A DNA stretch of 64,000 nt, taken from contig JBAZSG010000001.1 in the NCBI GenBank assembly GCA_041662585.1, positions 130,381-194,380 on the forward strand, given 5' to 3'. Positions within the stretch are counted from its first letter, which is position 1. The number at the start of each line of letters is the position of its first letter. Both the position numbers and the translations under genes were made by a program. Source of the DNA: Patescibacteria group bacterium (lineage in GTDB: Bacteria; Patescibacteriota; Patescibacteriia; UBA1558; GWA2-36-10). Of this stretch, positions 58,636 to 64,000 are shown piece by piece. The notes beneath the pieces are model-generated. The model saw only the letters and a program-made list of their open reading frames with translations, ran no database searches and was not told the DNA's origin.

Positions 58636-59769
58636 TTATTTTTGGCGAAATATTTCTAAAATATCATTTAGTCTGGCTAGGTGAGCTGACCAAGAAAATT
58701 TCAGTTCTAAATCATGACTAGCTTTATCAATCAATTTTTTTCTTAACTCATCATCTTCAAATATAGCCGAAATTTTACTGACTAGCTCATCAGTATTATT
58801 ATAAAGCCCTTCTTCAACCAATAATTCTCTATTATACTCCGTATTCTTGGCGATTACTGCTGTACGAGCCAAAAAGCTATGACTAATATTGCTAGCCAAA
58901 TCAATTCCAAAAAAATTGTGAACATACACATTGGATGTTTTGAGCAAATACCACTCCTGAGCTTTGGAAATTTGTCCCAGTATAACTACTTGATCAACTA
59001 AGTCCAAGTTTTTAACTAGCTCTAATAATTTATGTCTATCTACTCCATTACCACTGATGATTAGTTTGATATTTTTATATTTTGCCTTGAGTTTGCTTAC
59101 TGTTTTTATGATATCTTCCATGCCTGTCCAAGCTGTGAGTGGGCCGCTAGCAAAAATTTGTTGTGGAATCATAGTCATATCAAAATCCAATTTTTGTTGC
59201 CTATCTTCTGGATTATAATTTACTACAATATTTTTTTCTGACACTTTATATACTTGAGTTATTACTTGCGCCATAGCCTGTGATGCTACCAGCACCTTAG
59301 AAGCTCGCCTCAAAACCCAAGTTTGTATTTTAATAATTCGTCCAATTTTTTCATGCCCCTTCATGCTGGGCTTTAAAATAAATTCTTCCCAAGACTTATT
59401 TGTTAAATTTAAATTAATAGCCCGTTTATAAGCCTCGTCTTCTAAAAAATTTATCAGCACTGGCTTGCCACTCAAATATTTCACAATAATAGCTGGCAAT
59501 CCTGAAGCCACAGCATTTTGAGCATAAATAATATCAGCCTGCTTGGCCAATTTCAAAAGAGCCCAAGTATAATAAAACAGCCTCCACAACAAAGGCTGGT
59601 TTTTATTAACTTTTACAATATTGATATTACTATCCTCCTCTGTCTGGTTGGCATAAGCCAAGATAGTAAGCTGATTATCAACTGATAAATACTTGGCCAA
59701 GTCTCTAGTATAGACAGACAATCTTTCAATTTCGGGTGGATATAATGGTGTAGCAACTATAATTTTCAT
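58636..59769 (-). CDS. GT-B glycosyltransferase (GT1/GT4-like)
   Basis: N-terminal MKIIVATPLYPPEIE..., C-terminal GT-B fold; 377 aa. Confidence 0.7.
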   Translation of the reverse strand: MKIIVATPLYPPEIERLSVYTRDLAKYLSVDNQLTILAYANQTEEDSNINIVKVNKNQPLLWRLFYYTWALLKLAKQADIIYAQNAVASGLPAIIVKYLSGKPVLINFLEDEAYKRAINLNLTNKSWEEFILKPSMKGHEKIGRIIKIQTWVLRRASKVLVASQAMAQVITQVYKVSEKNIVVNYNPEDRQQKLDFDMTMIPQQIFASGPLTAWTGMEDIIKTVSKLKAKYKNIKLIISGNGVDRHKLLELVKNLDLVDQVVILGQISKAQEWYLLKTSNVYVHNFFGIDLASNISHSFLARTAVIAKNTEYNRELLVEEGLYNNTDELVSKISAIFEDDELRKKLIDKASHDLELKFSWSAHLARLNDILEIFRQK

Positions 59770-59827
59770 ATAATATATTGTGCCCTAAACTACTCCAATA
59801 GTCAATGAAAAACTGATTTAAAAAGAA

Positions 59828-59854
59828 AGCCCTGCGACTCCGAGAGTCACAGGG
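59828..59854 (-). terminator. intrinsic terminator of the NMO gene
   Basis: GCCCTG-CGACTCCGAGAGTCA-CAGGGC with an A-rich tract on the plus strand below it. Confidence 0.6.
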
Positions 59855-59864
59855 CTTTTGAGGC

Positions 59865-60962
59865 TTATTCAGCCGGAAGTGTAAGTGGAGAATTTCTGAT
59901 ACTCTCGACAATCTCCGTCATGAGTTGTTTAACCGGAATAATCCGATCAACCTTGTGAACGTTTCCGCCGGCGAAGAGAAGGCCTTCGTCAAACTCACCC
60001 CCCAGGGCATTGTATAAAGCATCAGCTATACAAAACTTGGCCGTTTTGATTTTGCAGATTGAGAGACATTGGTAGGGGCATCGAATCTTAATGCTACCGG
60101 CTTCAGCTTTGGCGAGCAAAGGAGTCGGCAGAACCCGACCAAGCATACCAACCGAAGTAGTAACAATAATAGCGTCCCCAGCTTTGGCCGCCAGATACCT
60201 GTCCTTAAACCGCTGGTCTACTGGACATTCATCTGTGGCTACGAAAAGAGTTCCCAACTGCACTGCCGCTGCCCCCAAAGACAACCAACGAGGAACATCC
60301 TCAATACCGATACCTCCAGCAACTATGATCGGAATCCGCCGACCGAATTCTTGTTCATAGGGCCGAACAGTTGCCAAAACACCGACTAGAATGTTCTCTA
60401 AATTGAATATCTCTGGATGATCCAGTTCTGCTTGGTTAAAACCAAGGTGACCACCGGCCAAAGGACCTTCTACAATAAAGGCACTGGGCAGACGCTGATA
60501 ATGCTTTGTCCAGTGTTTAAGGATTATGCCCGCCAAGCGAGCTGAACTAATAATAGGGACCAAATTGACTGATGGATCTGGCACCAGTTTGGGCAAATCT
60601 CTAGGAATGCCCGCGCCATAAACCACAATTTTGATACCCTGATCAACAGCGGTGGTGATCAAGCTATCAGCATTGCTTAAAGCTCCCATGACATTAACGG
60701 CCATGGGTTTTGGAAAATTGCCAGTTAAATTTTGACAGCGTTTAATTTCCGCTATCAATGCTTCCTGTGAAGCAAGTACATAGTCCTTATGACTAACCCT
60801 AGGATCGCCCAAACCAATGGTGGTTATGGTTCCCAAGCCCCCTTCATTGGCTACTGTTGGTGGCAAAGGATAGGCTGACACCTTAACTCCCATAGCACCT
60901 TGAACAACAGGCAATTCAAATTCAAATTGCCCAATGGTTAGTTTTGGAACTCTCATGCTCAT
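59865..60962 (-). CDS. FMN-dependent nitronate monooxygenase / 2-nitropropane dioxygenase family (FabK-like) oxidoreductase, GC-rich
   Basis: PVVQGAMG...GGLG N-terminal NMO pattern; TIM-barrel FMN motifs; 365 aa; GC about 48% against about 30% flanks. Confidence 0.7.
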   Translation of the reverse strand: MSMRVPKLTIGQFEFELPVVQGAMGVKVSAYPLPPTVANEGGLGTITTIGLGDPRVSHKDYVLASQEALIAEIKRCQNLTGNFPKPMAVNVMGALSNADSLITTAVDQGIKIVVYGAGIPRDLPKLVPDPSVNLVPIISSARLAGIILKHWTKHYQRLPSAFIVEGPLAGGHLGFNQAELDHPEIFNLENILVGVLATVRPYEQEFGRRIPIIVAGGIGIEDVPRWLSLGAAAVQLGTLFVATDECPVDQRFKDRYLAAKAGDAIIVTTSVGMLGRVLPTPLLAKAEAGSIKIRCPYQCLSICKIKTAKFCIADALYNALGGEFDEGLLFAGGNVHKVDRIIPVKQLMTEIVESIRNSPLTLPAE

Positions 60963-61133
60963 ACCCCCTTTCTGGAGGTTAAATGATTGTAATGTTCAAA
61001 CTTTCATTGTTAATCTTCTACCAAAAAACCTTCATTGTCAATTAAAAGTTTATCATTGACATTTTATAACAACTGGGGTATATCTTATAGATTATTAGTT
61101 ATTTAACATATAGCTTAAAAGGAGATTATTGCT

Positions 61134-61751
61134 ATGATTTCAATAAATAATCCACTAGGGGAAGAGGTTTTACAAAACTCCAAACAATTACGGTGCTTAA
61201 ATATGGGCACCTATATAGCTGGAGTAGCTATGGTAGTGTGGTTTTTTATGGCCCTGATTATAGCCGACAATCTGGATACCGGTAAAAAACTGCCTATTTC
61301 TTGGTACATTATAGAGGCTATAACATTGATGATCTTTGTGGGGTTTATTATCATGATCACTCCACGGGTCAGAAATAAGTGGCCTTATGAAGTACCAGAA
61401 GGAAATACCAATATTTACTTCCTGAATAGCAACGCCCAAGTGGGACTAGCCAGACCTGGTCTATACTGGGGCAGCCGAAAGTGTCAGCTCTTCAAAATAG
61501 AGCCAATAATGAATCGACGGGCTGAGTTTATCATCTCTGGTGGTTATTTATGTTATGTAAACTACCAGGTAAAGTTCTGCTACCAGCCTCCGCCGGAACA
61601 GGTAGAACTGTTTCTTACTTGGCTCAATGAGCTCGATAGCCTTGCAACTGAAGGACAAAAAGCAGTCATGGAAAGACTGCAAAAAGATTGTCGGGAGGAT
61701 AAATATCCTTTCAAGCTTTTTACCCAAAATGAAATGGGAATAGCGTTCTAA
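61134..61751 (+). CDS. hypothetical protein with two N-terminal TM helices
   Basis: 205 aa; C-terminal soluble domain with several Cys; no motif recognised. Confidence 0.4.
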   Translation: MISINNPLGEEVLQNSKQLRCLNMGTYIAGVAMVVWFFMALIIADNLDTGKKLPISWYIIEAITLMIFVGFIIMITPRVRNKWPYEVPEGNTNIYFLNSNAQVGLARPGLYWGSRKCQLFKIEPIMNRRAEFIISGGYLCYVNYQVKFCYQPPPEQVELFLTWLNELDSLATEGQKAVMERLQKDCREDKYPFKLFTQNEMGIAF

Positions 61752-61817
61752 GGCGTATAGTAATCATCAGATTCATATACACCAAAAAACTGGGGAAACA
61801 TCCCCAGTTTTAAATTT

Positions 61818-62852
61818 TTATAAAACATAATCCCCATACAGCAAAGCCAAATCATCTAAATCATCAAAATATTTGATCTTCAAATACCAATCGCTACCAA
61901 AATTTCTTTGCGCTGACTCTTCAGAAATAATCCACATCAATTCTAAATTGGTTGATACATAATATACACGAGGAGCGTTATTGGCTTTGACTAAATCGCC
62001 TACTTTAACCAAAGAATTATCATCTTCCACTGCCAATATACCTTGTTCATTTATATAAGTACGAGTAATTACGCCAAAAAATCCAGCGGCCGGAGAAATG
62101 CCTTTGGCTCTTTGAAATCTACTCAAAGCATCTTGGGTAGCTGGACCAAAATAAGTACTTTCATTACCTGGTGATCCAACACCACTGGAAGCGACATAAA
62201 ATCCATTGGCATTTAAATAAACTTGCAAGGCTTTGACATCATCTCCTTCACTGCCTAGCTCTAAGTCCCGCATAAAATGATAGCTAGCTATAGTATTGTT
62301 GTCTTCGCTTACTACTGGTTTGCCAATAGCGGCCATAAGACTGGAATAAGCATTGATAGATATTCTCTCTGGTGTCCAGATTTCAAAATGTAGATGATGA
62401 GCAACAGTTTCAGCATTACCACTGTCTCCGGCAAAAGCAATTACTTGTCCGGTTTTAACCTCAGCATCTCTACTAATATTTTTGGGGAAAGCATAAGACC
62501 TTATTTCTTTATTATCATCGGTACCGGGACTGTCGTTGTTAATATGAAGATAACGATAAGAATAGCCAGCACTATCTTCAATATAAATAGCTAGCCCCCA
62601 GCCTTGATCATTCTCTACTATATAGCTCACTCTGCCATCTACTACTGCTACTAGCGGTGTCATTTGATCGACCATGATATCAGTGCCCTCATGACTACGC
62701 CCACCACTACGAGCAGCTCCATAGGTATCTGAAAAATTATAATCCCAACCCTCTTCAATCGGAAAAACAATATCTCTCACTTCTTCGGCGCTAGCAATAA
62801 ATGGAATAAAAATTAATATATATATTAATAAAATAAATTTTATTTTTTGCAT
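61818..62852 (-). CDS. M23-family peptidoglycan endopeptidase with C-terminal peptidoglycan-binding domain
   Basis: HEGTDIMV (HxxxD) and HHLHFEIW (HxH) LytM motifs; C-terminal LQVYLNANGFY...GPATQDALSRFQRAKG PG_binding_1-like repeat; signal peptide. Confidence 0.8.
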   Translation of the reverse strand: MQKIKFILLIYILIFIPFIASAEEVRDIVFPIEEGWDYNFSDTYGAARSGGRSHEGTDIMVDQMTPLVAVVDGRVSYIVENDQGWGLAIYIEDSAGYSYRYLHINNDSPGTDDNKEIRSYAFPKNISRDAEVKTGQVIAFAGDSGNAETVAHHLHFEIWTPERISINAYSSLMAAIGKPVVSEDNNTIASYHFMRDLELGSEGDDVKALQVYLNANGFYVASSGVGSPGNESTYFGPATQDALSRFQRAKGISPAAGFFGVITRTYINEQGILAVEDDNSLVKVGDLVKANNAPRVYYVSTNLELMWIISEESAQRNFGSDWYLKIKYFDDLDDLALLYGDYVL

Positions 62853-62898
62853 AAATTTAATTATAGCAAAAAATCATCTTTAGAGCGATTTATTTTAT

Positions 62899-63768
62899 TT
62901 ATAAATAATTAATAACATTTTTTACTCCCAAACCTATTTCCCATATATCTATAATTGAAATTAAAAAAATGGCCACCAAAACTCCCATTACTAAAATTAG
63001 GGGAATTAATACACTGAGAACTTTTTTAAAATTATTTCCCTGACTCCAAACTTCAAAGACATCTTCTTTATCCTTGAAATAATATTCACCAATATTAATA
63101 ATAATTAAAGACATTATCCCAAATATCCACCACCACCTACCATTGACTATAAAATTTTTGATTTGATCATTGCCAAATAAAAATAGACTGAGTATATTTA
63201 AAATATATATAACGGTAAATCTAAACCGAAGCTTTAACAGCTGATTAAATCTCGCGTCAAAAAAATATGAAAATAAATCAAATAGTAATAATGATATTTC
63301 CCTTAAAATAAGCATCATTATGGCAAATATAATTAAACCACATAATATTAAAATTATCCCAGCTAGTATGCTAGGCACTCCTTTTATGTTTTGTAAATAA
63401 ATAATATATAGCCATCCTAAAATAAAAAGTGGAAATGCACTATATATTATTAATTTTAATTTACCTAACCAAGTTTTTTCAATTGATTCTAATTTGTGTT
63501 TTATATTATCAATTTTTAATTTTCTTTGATAAAAAAATAAAAAAAGTTTAGGAAATTTAAACAAAACTAAAAAATAAATACTAATTGATACTAAGAAAAA
63601 AACTACTACGCCTACTCCAATATAAAAATCCATGATATCCCCTGATTTTTTAACTTTATTAATACCAATGGGTATTACAATAGCAAAAAAAATAGAAAAT
63701 ACTATCACAAAAGCAGCAAACCAATCACTACGAGTAATTTTTACATTTTCATTTTTATCCATATACAA
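62899..63768 (-). CDS. polytopic membrane protein (hypothetical)
   Basis: 289 aa, 7-8 hydrophobic helices, very AT-rich. Confidence 0.5.
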   Translation of the reverse strand: MYMDKNENVKITRSDWFAAFVIVFSIFFAIVIPIGINKVKKSGDIMDFYIGVGVVVFFLVSISIYFLVLFKFPKLFLFFYQRKLKIDNIKHKLESIEKTWLGKLKLIIYSAFPLFILGWLYIIYLQNIKGVPSILAGIILILCGLIIFAIMMLILREISLLLFDLFSYFFDARFNQLLKLRFRFTVIYILNILSLFLFGNDQIKNFIVNGRWWWIFGIMSLIIINIGEYYFKDKEDVFEVWSQGNNFKKVLSVLIPLILVMGVLVAIFLISIIDIWEIGLGVKNVINYL

Positions 63769-63796
63769 ATTATATCAGAATATTACTGCTAAATAA

Positions 63797-64000
63797 TCAC
63801 TCTATACAGCCTATTAATTGTCCGTTAAATGAATGATTTGTATTACCTATTTTATTTTTTACAATAATTTCCCCATCATTTTGCCTCTCAAAAGAATAAT
63901 CATTACAAGTTTTAAAAAGTAAATTATTATTATTTCTAAAAATTTCTTCAAAGCGTTTGTTTTCAGCAACTATCTGGGGATCTGGGCATTCTGGCTCTAC
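63797..64000 (-). CDS. C-terminal fragment of a gene entering from beyond the window (hypothetical)
   Basis: Minus-strand open frame from the window edge to TGA at 63797-63799 (...NHSFNGQLIGCIE*). Confidence 0.3.
   Translation of the reverse strand, partial: VEPECPDPQIVAENKRFEEIFRNNNNLLFKTCNDYSFERQNDGEIIVKNKIGNTNHSFNGQLIGCIE

Overview
This is a very AT-rich window (about 30% GC) with short intergenic spacers. The gene content is typical of a small-genome, host-dependent bacterium, and I infer it is Candidate Phyla Radiation / Patescibacteria-like. Core metabolism present includes pentose-phosphate genes (rpiB, rpe, a split transketolase and an archaeal-type bifunctional phosphoglucose/phosphomannose isomerase). 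A two-subunit 2-oxoacid:ferredoxin oxidoreductase and an adenosylcobalamin-type class II ribonucleotide reductase (nrdJ) are also present. A cob(I)alamin adenosyltransferase with a putative B12-binding/uptake pair lies about 8 kb downstream of nrdJ. There is a redox/Fe-S island: ferredoxin, Bcp, cysteine desulfurase, NifU-like, superoxide dismutase, patatin, 2-Cys peroxiredoxin. Cell-surface genes include a type IV pilin-like gene and pilT fused in an operon to a cNMP/GAF regulator, a 1180-aa Ca-binding surface protein next to an orphan histidine kinase, two DsbA-like proteins with VKOR, MscL, and a glycosylation cluster. RNA genes are five tRNAs and a 23S-5S rRNA pair on the minus strand with no adjacent 16S. 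I found no transposase, integrase, reverse transcriptase or CRISPR array. The most unusual items are an S-box (SAM-I) riboswitch-like element whose only obvious cargo is a 35-aa Cys-rich micro-ORF, and an unclassified roughly 200-nt structured RNA candidate after two tRNAs. The accessory segment at 26.4-33.5 kb consists of nucleotide-sanitation/salvage genes (NUDIX x2, MazG-like, deoxyribosyltransferase-like, methyltransferases, HAD). It is built from cassettes separated by an identical GC-rich hairpin occurring three times and a duplicated roughly 65-bp promoter module. There are also three single-gene islands at about 50% GC and a BCCP-like domain lacking the biotinyl-lysine. All calls are from reading the sequence and translations; no database searches were run.
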